DNA from: an uncultured Gammaproteobacteria bacterium
GTDB taxonomy: Bacteria > Patescibacteriota > Patescibacteriia > Veblenbacterales > UBA10138
Length of the DNA: 64,000 bases
Reading direction: 5' to 3'
NCBI GenBank assembly: GCA_964453605.1
Contig: CAYVOI010000001.1
Span: 102,276 to 166,275, forward strand
Part shown: in pieces, positions 36,945 through 49,147 of the stretch
Layout: the number at the start of each line of letters is the position of its first letter
Position numbering within the stretch: position 1 is the stretch's first letter
Notes under the pieces: generated by a model
The model's database searches: none
What the model saw: only the letters and a program-made list of their open reading frames with translations
What the model was told of the DNA's origin: nothing
Program-made: the position numbers and the translations under genes

Positions 36945-37355
36945 ATGAACATGAAAACCAAAAGAACGTTATTTTTAATTGTTATCTGTACGCTGGCGAT
37001 AGTAGTTTTCACTAGTCACCCGCTACAGCCACTGCGCCACCTTACCATTGCAAACATTCGCTGTTACTGTCCGGGTGACGAGGTCAGCAAGCAATTGTTG
37101 GGTACGTGTCGGGGTGAGCTTGAAACTCGGTTTAAAGCAGCCGGCGCGCAGTTTGCCGCCAGCGGCCTTCTGTTGAACGTAAGGTTCGACATGGTGCGTG
37201 GTTCGCTACAAGCCAGCACTTACTTTATCAGCGATAAATATCGTCTGTTTATCGTAGATGTGCCATTGGCACCGCAAGCCTCACCCACCGAGGCGACCAT
37301 GGCTGCCATTGCCGATGGTGTGCTAGATTATTTTACGCATGAGCATACTTTGTAG
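36945..37355 (+). CDS. secreted hypothetical protein
   Basis: Signal peptide MNMKTKRTLFLIVICTLAIVVFTS. Contains cysteines. No motif. Confidence 0.4.
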   Translation: MNMKTKRTLFLIVICTLAIVVFTSHPLQPLRHLTIANIRCYCPGDEVSKQLLGTCRGELETRFKAAGAQFAASGLLLNVRFDMVRGSLQASTYFISDKYRLFIVDVPLAPQASPTEATMAAIADGVLDYFTHEHTL

Positions 37356-37769
37356 GTACCACTTGGGCCGCCCCCTAAAATCGGGCGGCCTTTAATACCC
37401 AGCCAATATGGTACCTACCTGCATAACCCGCGCTTGACGACACTAAAGCTTTCCGCTAGGCTTACTGGTTATGAATGAATATTAACCACTAAATTAATAC
37501 TAACAAAAGCGGAGAAAGCCATGGAAAAAAGTAAATCAGTTTCCCCAGAGCCACAGTCCGCCAAACCGTCCACCCCACCCGCAGGGGAACATGTAAATCA
37601 ACATTAGGCCGAGGAGCTCGAGGCCATAGCACGAGCTGAACGTTTCCTTGCCGACCCCCAAAACATCCGGGAGTTGCGGGATTCCGACAGCAACTAACCC
37701 CTCAACACCCCCCTGTGCGCAGTAAACCCTGGTTATCCACCAGGGTTTTTTATCCGTTACCAGGGGTTC

Positions 37770-37798
37770 TTGACCGCGCTTGACACGGGGTGTATACT
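37770..37798 (+). promoter_or_regulatory. sigma70-like promoter of uvrA
   Basis: TTGACC, a 17-nt spacer, then TATACT, ending about 19 nt upstream of the likely uvrA ATG at 37818. Confidence 0.5.
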
Positions 37799-37817
37799 GA
37801 CCCCACTTTGCGCGCCT

Positions 37818-40706
37818 ATGCCGGTCAAACCATCAAAACCTAAAGTTTCTCCACTCCCGAACGGGGCCGACCGCATCACTATTCGTGGTGCCAGGGTGCA
37901 CAACCTCAAGAACATCTCCCTCGACATCCCCAGGGACAAGCTGGTGGTTCTGACTGGGCTTTCCGGCTCCGGCAAGTCGTCCCTCGCCTTCGACACTATC
38001 TACGCCGAGGGTCAACGCCGTTACATCGAATCGCTGTCGTCCTACGCGCGGCAGTTCTTGGGTATGATGGACAAGCCGGACGTAGACCAGATAGATGGTT
38101 TGAGCCCGGCCATTTCCATTGACCAAAAGTCCACCTCCCATAACCCCCGCTCTACCGTAGGTACGGTCACCGAGATCTACGACTACCTCAGGCTCTTGTT
38201 TGCTCGTGTCGGCATGCCTCACTGTCCGCAGTGCGGCCGGGCGGTAGCTAAGCAGTCAGTGGATCAAATTGTAGCCCGCCTCGGGGAGCTACCAGTGGGC
38301 ACCAGCTTAGAGCTTTTAGCCCCCGTAGTCCGTGACCAAAAGGGCGAGCACAAGAACACCGTGGCCGAGCTTAAAAAGGCAGGTTACGTCCGCCTCAAGT
38401 TCGATGGCAACCTCATGTCTATGGAAGAGGCGGAGGATTTACGTGTCGACAAGCAGAAGCGCCATACCGTTGAGGTGGTGGTAGATAAGGTTAAGGTCTC
38501 GAAAGATCCAGACGATATCACCCGGCTGCACGACTCACTCACCACCGCGCTCGACCTTGGTGACGGACTCATTAAGGTGGCCCGGCCCGAAGGCGGACCA
38601 GACATGCTTTTCAGTGAGCACTTTTCCTGTCCGCACTGTGGTATCGACCTGCCGAATATAGAACCCCGCAGCTTCTCCTTTAACTCGCCCCACGGTGCTT
38701 GTGCCGAGTGTACGGGCCTAGGGACTAAGCTTGAAATAGACCCCGATTTAGTTATACCGAACAAGCGCCTAACCATTTCCGAGGGCGCCATTCGGCCGTG
38801 GTCCAGGACTTCCGCTAACCAAACTTGGTACTACCGCGTGCTCGAGGCTGTAGCTCGTGACCACAAGTTCTCGCTCGATGTACCGGTGTCTAAGCTAACC
38901 CGCGACCAGCTCAAGCTGGTGCTCTACGGCACCGGTGCTAAGAACTACAACGTCAACGCCGCTGACGGGCAAATGGGCAAGGTTCGGGAGTTCTACACTA
39001 CGTTTGAAGGCGTGATCCCAAACTTGGAGCGCCGGTACCGTGAAACCGAGTCCGATTACATGCGTAGCGAAATCGAGCGCTACATGCGCGTGTGGCCCTG
39101 TCCTACGTGTAAAGGTAAGCGGTTGAAGCCCGAAGTTTTGGCCGTTACGGTGCTTGAGAAGAGCATTGCCGATATTGCCACCCTGTCGGTAGCGGCCGCA
39201 CGGCAGTTCTTTAGTGGGTTCGAGGCTAAGCTGTCGGAGCGTGAGCTCAAGATTGCTCGGCAGGTAGTTAAAGAAATTCGTGAGCGGCTCTCGTTTCTTT
39301 CGGACGTTGGTCTTGATTACCTGACCCTCGACCGCGCTGCCGCAACACTCTCGGGTGGTGAAGCTCAGCGCATCAGGCTGGCCACGCAGATTGGTTCTTC
39401 GCTCGTCGGGGTCATCTACATTTTAGACGAGCCTTCCATTGGTTTGCACCAGCGTGACAACGACAAGCTCATTGTTACCTTAAAGCGCCTGCGGGACCTC
39501 GGGAACACGGTCATTGTGGTGGAGCACGACCACGAGACCATGATGGCCGCCGACCAGCTCATCGACATTGGCCCAGGCGCTGGCAAGCACGGTGGCGAGG
39601 TGGTGGCACAGGGCACGCCGGCCGAGGTTGCCAAAACCAAAACGTCCCTCACTGGCCAGTACCTTTCAGGCAAGCTTGCTATTACGCCGCCAGCCAAGCT
39701 CCACGCTGGCAACGGCAAAAAGCTCGCCATTCTTGGTGCGCAGGAGTTCAATTTGAAGAACATCGACGTAGACATTCCTTTGGGTAAGCTGGTTTGCATC
39801 ACCGGTGTGTCAGGCTCTGGCAAGAGCACCTTGATGACCGAAATTTTAGCCAAGGCTTTGTCGCAGCACTTCTACAACTCTAAAGACTTGCCTGGTAAGC
39901 ACAAGGCTATCAAAGGTTTGGAGCACATCGACAAGGTTATCGACATCGATCAAAGCCCCATTGGCCGTACTCCCAGGAGCAACCCCGCTACCTACACGGG
40001 CGTATTCACCCCTATTCGCGACCTGTTCTCACAACTGCCGGAGGCCAAAATCCGCGGCTACGACCCAGGCAAGTTCAGCTTCAATGTTAAGGGTGGCCGC
40101 TGTGAGGCTTGCGAGGGTGACGGTTTGGTGCGCATAGAAATGCACTTCTTGCCGGACGTGTACGTGGAGTGCGAGGAATGCCACGGCAAACGCTACAATC
40201 AGCAAGCTCTGGAAATTCACTACAAAGGCAAGAACATTTCCGACGTGCTGGAAATGACAGCCGAGGAAGCCATGAACTTTTTTGAGAACGTACCCGTGAT
40301 CCACGACAAATTACAAGTTCTTTGTGAGGTGGGCTTGGGGTACATACACCTTGGCCAGAGTGCGACCACGCTTTCGGGCGGTGAGGCGCAGCGCATTAAG
40401 CTCGCCACAGAACTCAGCCGCCGTTCTACTGGCCGCACGCTGTACATTCTGGACGAACCTACCACCGGGCTGCACTTTGATGATGTGAAACGTTTGCTCC
40501 ACGTGCTGAATCAACTCGTAGACCGCGGCAACACCGTCCTCGTTATAGAGCACAACCTGGACATTATAAAATCAGCCGACTGGATTGTAGACCTGGGGCC
40601 TGAGGGCGGGGACAAAGGCGGTGAGCTAGTGGCCGCTGGCACACCCAAGGACGTAGTCAAGGTTAAGCGCAGCTACACTGGCCAGTGGCTTAAGAAAGTT
40701 TTGTAG
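37818..40706 (+). CDS. uvrA: excinuclease ABC subunit A
   Basis: [12 protein letters not shown], two ABC modules ([10 protein letters not shown] and [10 protein letters not shown]), LSGGEAQR signatures and zinc fingers. The start is moved from the track's 37770 to the conserved MPVKPS. Confidence 0.9.
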   Translation: MPVKPSKPKVSPLPNGADRITIRGARVHNLKNISLDIPRDKLVVLTGLSGSGKSSLAFDTIYAEGQRRYIESLSSYARQFLGMMDKPDVDQIDGLSPAISIDQKSTSHNPRSTVGTVTEIYDYLRLLFARVGMPHCPQCGRAVAKQSVDQIVARLGELPVGTSLELLAPVVRDQKGEHKNTVAELKKAGYVRLKFDGNLMSMEEAEDLRVDKQKRHTVEVVVDKVKVSKDPDDITRLHDSLTTALDLGDGLIKVARPEGGPDMLFSEHFSCPHCGIDLPNIEPRSFSFNSPHGACAECTGLGTKLEIDPDLVIPNKRLTISEGAIRPWSRTSANQTWYYRVLEAVARDHKFSLDVPVSKLTRDQLKLVLYGTGAKNYNVNAADGQMGKVREFYTTFEGVIPNLERRYRETESDYMRSEIERYMRVWPCPTCKGKRLKPEVLAVTVLEKSIADIATLSVAAARQFFSGFEAKLSERELKIARQVVKEIRERLSFLSDVGLDYLTLDRAAATLSGGEAQRIRLATQIGSSLVGVIYILDEPSIGLHQRDNDKLIVTLKRLRDLGNTVIVVEHDHETMMAADQLIDIGPGAGKHGGEVVAQGTPAEVAKTKTSLTGQYLSGKLAITPPAKLHAGNGKKLAILGAQEFNLKNIDVDIPLGKLVCITGVSGSGKSTLMTEILAKALSQHFYNSKDLPGKHKAIKGLEHIDKVIDIDQSPIGRTPRSNPATYTGVFTPIRDLFSQLPEAKIRGYDPGKFSFNVKGGRCEACEGDGLVRIEMHFLPDVYVECEECHGKRYNQQALEIHYKGKNISDVLEMTAEEAMNFFENVPVIHDKLQVLCEVGLGYIHLGQSATTLSGGEAQRIKLATELSRRSTGRTLYILDEPTTGLHFDDVKRLLHVLNQLVDRGNTVLVIEHNLDIIKSADWIVDLGPEGGDKGGELVAAGTPKDVVKVKRSYTGQWLKKVL

Positions 40707-40730
40707 AGTTTAGTTTTTTAAAAAAGAAAA

Positions 40731-40756
40731 GCGTCTACGAGGGTAGGCGCTTTTTT
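40731..40756 (+). terminator. rho-independent terminator after uvrA
   Basis: GCGTCTAC-gagg-GTAGGCGC followed by TTTTTT. Confidence 0.65.
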
Positions 40757-40779
40757 GTTCATTCACACTGGCAAATGTT

Positions 40780-41175
40780 CTAATTCATGTTTGGGGTTGT
40801 GTCGAGTTTGGCTTCTCCGCGTCGTATAAGCAGGTTCCCCACCTCGTGGTCAAACAGATAGGGTGTTTGGTAGACAACCCCCTCTCCAACACCAACCCAG
40901 CCAATATAGGCATGTTCTCCGACTTTGAATGGTCGGTTGTAAAGAGTCAAAGCGGATACTGTTCCTTGAGCGAATTTAACCCTGTAGTGAGGGCTATGGA
41001 AAGTGCTGGGCGAGTCAATGCCCACCACCAACGCTTCGGTTAATACTGCGGGGCCGTTACCATCGTAACTTTTGGGCCATGGTTTGGCTGGTCCTGGGGG
41101 GAGTAAAAAAGCAACGCCGATGACTACTAATGCTATGGAAGCAAACGTCACGCTGACTTTATGCGCCATTCTCAT
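40780..41175 (-). CDS. secreted hypothetical protein
   Basis: Signal peptide MRMAHKVSVTFASIALVVIGVAFLL. 131 aa. Confidence 0.4.
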   Translation of the reverse strand: MRMAHKVSVTFASIALVVIGVAFLLPPGPAKPWPKSYDGNGPAVLTEALVVGIDSPSTFHSPHYRVKFAQGTVSALTLYNRPFKVGEHAYIGWVGVGEGVVYQTPYLFDHEVGNLLIRRGEAKLDTTPNMN

Positions 41176-41693
41176 ATTAATACCTCTTTGGTTTTTAGTG
41201 ATTGGTATTTGTTTAGTTTTTATATAGCTTTTTTACACCTAGAATACCCGTTTGTCAATATGCTCTGATAGGGCAATTGGGAGTACCGGCGGGTTAGCTT
41301 ATATGGTTGGAATCTTTTACTCATGCTGCCGGTGCTGGCAAGTTGACCAGTTATAGCTGAGGCTATCAGCGCTTGGTTCCAGAAGGTGCTGTAATTTTTT
41401 TCCAACCATTTACCCTTTCGCGCGAAAGGGTAAATGACTAAAGTATAAAAAATCGGCGAGGCTTACAATTTGAGCCTCACCGCGTGGTTGTTTGGAAGCG
41501 GATACTTTTCTACCAGTGCCAGTAAGCGGTGCCTATTATAATAAGTGTGCCTATGGCAACGATGATGGCAAGTACCATGCTCAGAATTTTGCTGGGGTCG
41601 GGTGACTTTTTTGTTGTGGTAAATATAGTGTGTAAGGCATTATGAACTCCTTTTTGTTTTTCTACTGCTGGACGTTAACAGGATACCGGGTGC

Positions 41694-43028
41694 TTGTCAA
41701 TCCTTGAGGTAGAGGTAGATAATGGTCTCATGCCTCTGATGTCTAGGTTCCGCTTATGGGTCTTCTACTTTTTAGTTTTTTTCCTCCCCTGGCAAACGAG
41801 GTGGATTATTCGCGATACCTATATCCGTGGTGGTGTGTGGGAGTACGGACGGGTGAGCCTGTACGGCTGGGACGTTCTGCTTATACTGTTGGTGCTTGTA
41901 AGTTGGCCGGCTACAGCCGAGGTTATTAAAACTTGGCCTAGGCTGCCGCGTGGTCAGCGGTTGCGTGCTACAGTGTTCAGTAATCCGTTGGTACTGTACT
42001 GTGCCTTTTTGGCGTACGCTTTTTTTAGTACGCTCTGGGCGCCAGATTCAGTTCTCGTTTTGTATTGGGGTTTGCGCTTGGGCGAAGTGGGCCTACTGTG
42101 GCTGCTCATCAGAGTTCTTAAGCCAAAGCTCGCAGGCATTTGGCTCAGCTTGTGCGCCGCGGGTACGGTGCAGGCCTTGTGGGCAGTATGGCAGTTCCTC
42201 AACCAGAGTACGTTTGCTAGTAAGTGGCTTGGCGTAGCCACTCATTCTCTGAGCTCGCCAGGTACGTCAGTGGTGCTTACCTCAACCGGCCGCTGGCTCA
42301 GGGCCTACGGCGGGCAGGTGCACCCTAACGTGCTCGGCGGGTTGCTCGTTGTTACGTGCCTCGCTACGGTGTGGCTGTACCTTAGGGTCCGAGAGCGCAA
42401 CTTACGCGTAGCTCGTCTATTAACCTTGATTGCCATTGCGGTACAAGCAGCTGGTTTGTTTTTCTCATTTTCTCGTGGAGCCTGGGTCGCACTTGTTGCA
42501 GGTTTAGTTCTGTGGTGGTTACTCCATAACGCTTCCCGCCGCGCACTGTTGCTGCCTACGTTAGCTGCTCTAGGCACGCTGGTGGTTTTAGGCGCGGTCT
42601 GCTGGCAGCCCACCGCCGGCCGCCTCTTTGGCGGCAGCCGCTTGGAGCAGCAATCGCTCGATGACCGAGTGGGCGAGGCGGGGGAGAGCAAGGCGTTACT
42701 CCGTACGCACTGGTTTGCTGGGGTGGGTTTAGGTAACTACACCCGCGCGCTCTATGACGCTGAGCCCAACCGGCCAAGCTACCTCTACCAGCCCGTACAT
42801 AACCTCTTTGTGCTCGTGCTCACCGAGCTGGGAGTGGTGGGGTTAGGCTTACTGCTCTGGCTGCTGTGGGTCTACCTGAGCAGCCCTACCTTGCGCTACG
42901 ACCTTATATTCTTAACCCCCGTGCTTACCGTGGCCCTACTCGACCACTACTGGTGGACGTCCGGCTCCATGCTATTGTTAGGCAGCTTGGTGTTAAGCCT
43001 ACCAGAGCAATCCACAGCCACCCCTTGA
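41694..43028 (+). CDS. O-antigen ligase/polymerase-like polytopic membrane protein (Wzy_C family)
   Basis: About 12 TM helices. Block FSFSRGAWVALVAG and a periplasmic loop are typical of O-antigen ligase-like proteins. Confidence 0.5.
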   Translation: MSILEVEVDNGLMPLMSRFRLWVFYFLVFFLPWQTRWIIRDTYIRGGVWEYGRVSLYGWDVLLILLVLVSWPATAEVIKTWPRLPRGQRLRATVFSNPLVLYCAFLAYAFFSTLWAPDSVLVLYWGLRLGEVGLLWLLIRVLKPKLAGIWLSLCAAGTVQALWAVWQFLNQSTFASKWLGVATHSLSSPGTSVVLTSTGRWLRAYGGQVHPNVLGGLLVVTCLATVWLYLRVRERNLRVARLLTLIAIAVQAAGLFFSFSRGAWVALVAGLVLWWLLHNASRRALLLPTLAALGTLVVLGAVCWQPTAGRLFGGSRLEQQSLDDRVGEAGESKALLRTHWFAGVGLGNYTRALYDAEPNRPSYLYQPVHNLFVLVLTELGVVGLGLLLWLLWVYLSSPTLRYDLIFLTPVLTVALLDHYWWTSGSMLLLGSLVLSLPEQSTATP

Positions 43029-43224
43029 CACATAGTGCTGATTGATCTATCGTTATTTGGCTGGAGTGAGGACGTAATCTTTGAAGTTCCTCCGGGTTCC
43101 AGCACCCCGCCGCCGGTCGGGTAATAAAACCGGTAAACAAAGCAACACGGAAGGCCCCGCCATTAGTGGGGTATATATAGTTAGTTAACTTAGACGCCCC
43201 TGTGTACACAGAGGCGTCTTTTCC
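43025..43224 (+). ncRNA. candidate small RNA unit 1: promoter-like TTGACA-N17-TATCGT, about 150-nt body, strong terminator
   Basis: Promoter module TTGACACATAGTGCTGATTGATCTATCGTTATTTGG. Terminator AGACGCCCCTGTGTACACAGAGGCGTCT plus TTTT at about 43191-43224. No ATG-initiated ORF. Confidence 0.35.
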
Positions 43225-43235
43225 TTATCTTCGTT

Positions 43236-43373
43236 TTGACAAATAGTGCTAATTGATCTATCATTAATTTCACTGGCGAACTGGCGACCCTCCAGGACCC
43301 AATACCGGCGGGTAATAGTCGGTAGAAACAAGGTGAGGCCCCTCGACGTGGACCGAGGGGCCCGTTTATTTTC
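43236..43373 (+). ncRNA. candidate small RNA unit 2 (paralog of unit 1): TTGACA-N17-TATCAT promoter, about 95-nt body, terminator
   Basis: Promoter module TTGACAAATAGTGCTAATTGATCTATCATTAATTTC, 31/36 identical to unit 1. Body shares CCGGYGGGTAATA..CGGTARAAACAAG with unit 1. Terminator AGGCCCCTCG-acgtggac-CGAGGGGCC plus TTTATTTT. Confidence 0.35.
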
Positions 43374-43379
43374 TTTGTC

Positions 43380-43408
43380 TTGACACAGCTAAAGTCAGCC
43401 TTTATACT
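43380..43408 (+). promoter_or_regulatory. groESL promoter
   Basis: TTGACA, a 17-nt spacer, then TATACT. Confidence 0.6.
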
Positions 43409-43423
43409 GGTAATGCTGTTGAA

Positions 43424-43450
43424 TTAGCACTCTTGAAGTCAGAGTGCTAA
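43424..43450 (+). promoter_or_regulatory. CIRCE element (HrcA operator)
   Basis: TTAGCACTC-ttgaagtca-GAGTGCTAA is a perfect match to the CIRCE consensus TTAGCACTC-N9-GAGTGCTAA. It sits between the promoter and groES. Confidence 0.85.
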
Positions 43451-43484
43451 TTCATACTCTAATCCATTTAATTTGTGGGTGTTT

Positions 43485-45433
<1,949 letters not shown>

Positions 45434-45517
45434 CCCCGGCAACCAGAGAGGTGGTACCTCTAACCACCCCCGTCGGGGGTGGTTTTGTTATCGCTGGTAT
45501 CGTATACTTAAAGCGTT

Positions 45518-45961
45518 ATGGCTAAACTAACCTCCGGTGTACTTGGTCAGCCCGTTCGCTTCTACGTTGAGGCGGCGGAGCTGCCGTGGCTGCTCCTCAG
45601 CGGGGCGGTGGTAGCCGTGTACGTGCTAAGCTACTGGCTCAGCGCGCTTGACATTATAGCTCTGTCGCCGCTGGTGCTCGTGCTCCAGGTGCTGGGCGCA
45701 GCGCTGGGTGCCTACTTGGTGGGTGTTAAGCAGGGCAGTTCCTGGAGCCAAACCGTCGTAGTGTGCTGTATGGTGGGAGCAGCGGCGGGTGTAGTGTCGG
45801 CCGTGCTGGCGCTGTTTAGGTTTTGGTACCTCTGGCTGGTGTTCAACCTGGTGGTAGAGCCGGTGTGGAGTGGGGTGCTTGGCGCGGTGGTTGGTTTAGT
45901 TACCCTAGGTTTTTTCCACTTACCCGTAGTCATTAAACGTTTTCAAGCCTTTACTAGCTAA
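45518..45961 (+). CDS. polytopic membrane protein, hypothetical
   Basis: Four TM helices. No motif. Confidence 0.4.
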   Translation: MAKLTSGVLGQPVRFYVEAAELPWLLLSGAVVAVYVLSYWLSALDIIALSPLVLVLQVLGAALGAYLVGVKQGSSWSQTVVVCCMVGAAAGVVSAVLALFRFWYLWLVFNLVVEPVWSGVLGAVVGLVTLGFFHLPVVIKRFQAFTS

Positions 45962-45972
45962 CCGTACTACGT

Positions 45973-46296
45973 ATGGAGAACACTCCTTCGAGTATTAGCC
46001 AAGAAGACAAAGTTTACGCGGCGCTGTCCTACGTGTGGATTTTGGTGTTCATACCACTGTTCTTAAAGCGCCAGAGCGGGTTTGTGCAGTTCCATGTGCG
46101 CCAAGGGTTGGCGCTGCTCATAGCAGAAGTGATTCTGTGGATTATTGGCCTAGTACCTATTTTGGGTTGGCTGATAGCGTTTATTGGGCACATTGTGGTT
46201 GCTATTCTGGCAGTTCTTGGAATCGTAGCAGCGCTCGTTGGTCGTTACTGGGAAATGCCGTTCCTCAGTGAGTACGCTAAGAAGTTAAACATCTAG
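45973..46296 (+). CDS. small membrane protein (DUF4870-like two or three TM)
   Basis: YAALSYVWILVFIPLFLKRQSGFVQFHVRQGLALLIAEVILWIIG pattern. Confidence 0.4.
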   Translation: MENTPSSISQEDKVYAALSYVWILVFIPLFLKRQSGFVQFHVRQGLALLIAEVILWIIGLVPILGWLIAFIGHIVVAILAVLGIVAALVGRYWEMPFLSEYAKKLNI

Positions 46297-46299
46297 AGT

Positions 46300-46686
46300 A
46301 TGGAAGCACTGCCCCCTTCGCTCTACGAAGTTGAACACAACGCCACGGAGCTTCTGGAGGAGCGGGTCAGGGCTTTGCAGCAGCAATTTATTGACCGGCG
46401 GCAGGCGGCGCGTAAGGCAGACCAGGAGCGGAAAGCCTCAGGCTACAACGCGCACTACGTCGATGTGCCAGACCAAGCTATAGCGCTCATCGATCAGGCT
46501 GACCTGCGCATGCTTGAAGACATTCAGCACATCGCGAGCCCCGAGGAGCTGCAGCAGGTGAAGTCTGAGTTTGATGAATACTTTTTGCGGCTGGAACAGC
46601 CAAAGAAAATGATCGCCGTCATTCTCTACCACGAGCTGCTTCAGCAAGTAAAGTTTATGAAGAAACGAGCTAAAGCTAAGTTGTAA
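46300..46686 (+). CDS. hypothetical helical protein
   Basis: 128 aa, charged and helical. No motif. Confidence 0.4.
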   Translation: MEALPPSLYEVEHNATELLEERVRALQQQFIDRRQAARKADQERKASGYNAHYVDVPDQAIALIDQADLRMLEDIQHIASPEELQQVKSEFDEYFLRLEQPKKMIAVILYHELLQQVKFMKKRAKAKL

Positions 46687-46697
46687 CTCTCTTACCC

Positions 46698-49109
46698 ATG
46701 TCAAAACCCAGTCGCACCAAAGCCTTTGTTCTACCCTTCGGAAGCCTGACCATTAAAGACGTTCCCCTGGTGGGCGGCAAAACCGCCTCTTTGGGGGAAA
46801 TGTACCAAAAGCTCACGCCGAAAGGCGTCAGGGTGCCACCCGGGTTTGCCGTTACTGCCTACGCTTATCGATATCTCTTAAAGAAGGCGGGTTTGGAAAA
46901 GGGCATTCGCAAGCTTTTGAAAGGGCTCAACACTAATAACCTGAAAGACTTGGCTGCCAGGGGGCAAGCGGTGAGGAGTTTGATTCTGCACTCCACCTTC
47001 CCACCCGAGCTGTCGCGCGCTATTATTGCTGACTACCGTAAGTTGTCTAAACAGTACCGGGTGAAGGCAGTGGATGTGGCTGTGCGCTCCTCCGCTACCG
47101 CTGAGGACCTGCCCGACGCCTCGTTCGCTGGTCAGCAGGAAAGCTACCTCAATATTGTGGGCGAAAGCGCCTTGCTCGAGGCGTGCAAAGAGTGTTTTGC
47201 CTCGCTCTTTACTGACCGCGCCATTTCCTACCGCGTAGACAAGCACTTTGACCACTTTAAAATCGGCCTCTCTATTGCTGTGCAGAAAATGGTCCGCTCA
47301 GATAAGGCTTGTTCAGGGGTCATGTTCACCATCGACACCGAGTCGGGGTTCCGGGACGTTGTACTCATTAACGGCAGTTGGGGTTTGGGCGAGTACATTG
47401 TAAAAGGCGCGGTGAACCCAGACGAGTTTGTAGTGTTTAAACCTACTTTCAAGCAGGGGTTCCCGGCTATTGTGAGCCAGCGCTTGGGGAGCAAGCAGAG
47501 AAAGTTAATTTACGCTGGTAGCGGTGTGCGGCCGACTAAAAATCAGATGGTGTCGCCCGCTGATCAAAACCGTTTTGTGCTGAAGCCTAAAGAGGTGCTG
47601 CAGCTCGCGGCGTGGGGTATGCAGATTGAAGAGCACTACCAGCGCCCCATGGATATGGAGTGGGCTAAGGACGGCAAGAGTGGCGAGCTCTATATTGTGC
47701 AAGCCAGGCCTGAGACAGTACAGAGTGGCAAGTCTAGGCAGGTGCTAGAAAAGTACCGCCTTAAAAAAACCAGCAAGGTGCTGGTCACCGGTACTGCTGT
47801 GGGCGCGAAGATTGGCCAAGGTACGGTGAATGTTATCAAAGACGTTAAAGAGATAAGCAAGTTTAAGCCCGGGAGTGTGTTGGTGACCGAAATGACTGAC
47901 CCTGACTGGGAACCAGTTATGAAGCAGGCGGCGGCCATAGTCACCAACTCTGGTGGCCGCACCTGCCACGCCGCTATTGTTTCCCGCGAGCTGGGCATTC
48001 CTTGCATTGTGGGTACCACCATAGGCACCAAAGTTTTAAAGAACGGCGACAAGGTCACGGTTTCATGCGCCGAGGGTGAGGTGGGGAAGGTGTACCAAGG
48101 TTTGCTGAAGTTTGAAGTTACTCACACCAGCCTGAAAGGCCTAAAGCGCCCCAAGACCAAGGTGATGATGAACGTAGGTGAGCCGCAGCAAGCCTTTGGC
48201 CTGTCGTTTATCCCTAATGACGGTGTGGGTTTGGCGCGTGAAGAGTTTATTATCAACGATGCCATCAAAATTCACCCGCTGGCGCTCATCCACTTCAGCA
48301 AGCTTAAGGACAAGCGCGCCAAAGCAAAAATCGCCGAGCTCACTGCCGGCTACCCTGACAAGCCCAAGTACTTTGTGGACAAACTGGCCCAGGGCATTGG
48401 TACACTCGGTGCCGCCTTTTACCCTAAAGATGTCATAGTTCGCCTGAGCGACTTCAAGAGCAACGAGTACGCAGGGCTCATTGGCGGTAAGCAGTTTGAG
48501 CCTAAGGAGGACAACCCCATGCTCGGCTGGCGTGGCGCGAGCCGCTACTACGACCCTAAGTTTGAACCCGCCTTCCGTTTAGAGTGCAAGGCGTTCAAGC
48601 AGGCGAGGGAAAAGTTCGGCCTTATCAACATCAAAGTACTGGTGCCCTTTTGCCGTACAGTGGAGGAGGGTAAGCGTGTACTCGACATTATGGCCAGCGA
48701 AGGGCTGAAGCGTGGGAAAAACGGTTTGGAGGTGTACGTGATGTGTGAAATTCCAACCAACGTCATTCTGGCAGACGAGTTTGCCAAGGAGTTCGACGGG
48801 TTCTCCATTGGCTCTAACGACCTTACCCAGCTCACCTTAGGCATAGACCGCGACTCCGGAATCTTAAAAATCGCTGGCGCTGGCAACGAGAAGAACGAAT
48901 CGGTGAAGGCGTTGGTGGCCGAGGTTATTAAGAAGGCTAAAGCGGCCAAGCGTAAGATAGGCATCTGCGGCCAAGCGCCGTCTGACTTTCCAGACTTTGC
49001 GGAGTTCTTGGTGCGCGAGGGCATAAACAGTATATCGCTTAACCCCGACACCGTGCTCCAAACTACACTCCGCATTTTGAAGACCGAGCAGCACCTAAAA
49101 CGTAAGTAG
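46698..49109 (+). CDS. ppsA: phosphoenolpyruvate synthase (pyruvate, water dikinase)
   Basis: PPDK N-terminal ATP-grasp. Phospho-His domain GGRTCHAAIVSRELGIPCIVG. C-terminal PEP-utilising TIM barrel. Confidence 0.85.
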   Translation: MSKPSRTKAFVLPFGSLTIKDVPLVGGKTASLGEMYQKLTPKGVRVPPGFAVTAYAYRYLLKKAGLEKGIRKLLKGLNTNNLKDLAARGQAVRSLILHSTFPPELSRAIIADYRKLSKQYRVKAVDVAVRSSATAEDLPDASFAGQQESYLNIVGESALLEACKECFASLFTDRAISYRVDKHFDHFKIGLSIAVQKMVRSDKACSGVMFTIDTESGFRDVVLINGSWGLGEYIVKGAVNPDEFVVFKPTFKQGFPAIVSQRLGSKQRKLIYAGSGVRPTKNQMVSPADQNRFVLKPKEVLQLAAWGMQIEEHYQRPMDMEWAKDGKSGELYIVQARPETVQSGKSRQVLEKYRLKKTSKVLVTGTAVGAKIGQGTVNVIKDVKEISKFKPGSVLVTEMTDPDWEPVMKQAAAIVTNSGGRTCHAAIVSRELGIPCIVGTTIGTKVLKNGDKVTVSCAEGEVGKVYQGLLKFEVTHTSLKGLKRPKTKVMMNVGEPQQAFGLSFIPNDGVGLAREEFIINDAIKIHPLALIHFSKLKDKRAKAKIAELTAGYPDKPKYFVDKLAQGIGTLGAAFYPKDVIVRLSDFKSNEYAGLIGGKQFEPKEDNPMLGWRGASRYYDPKFEPAFRLECKAFKQAREKFGLINIKVLVPFCRTVEEGKRVLDIMASEGLKRGKNGLEVYVMCEIPTNVILADEFAKEFDGFSIGSNDLTQLTLGIDRDSGILKIAGAGNEKNESVKALVAEVIKKAKAAKRKIGICGQAPSDFPDFAEFLVREGINSISLNPDTVLQTTLRILKTEQHLKRK

Positions 49110-49117
49110 AGTACTCA

Positions 49118-49147
49118 AAGCCCCACCCTAGGTGGGGCTTTCGTTTT
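49118..49147 (+). terminator. rho-independent terminator after ppsA
   Basis: AAAGCCCCACC-cta-GGTGGGGCTTT followed by T-run. Confidence 0.7.

Noticed and set aside
37770-37817. N-terminal extension of uvrA proposed by the ORF track ([16 protein letters not shown]...)
   Set aside because: The conserved UvrA N-terminus begins at MPVKPS (37818). The upstream stretch contains the TTGACC-N17-TATACT promoter, so it is leader DNA, not coding.
43025-43375. Possible CRISPR array or dispersed repeat family suggested by the duplicated 36-bp segments
   Set aside because: There are only two copies with different inter-repeat lengths. Each has promoter hexamers and its own intrinsic terminator. No cas genes are present. 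The duplication is better explained as groE promoter/CIRCE-derived modules.
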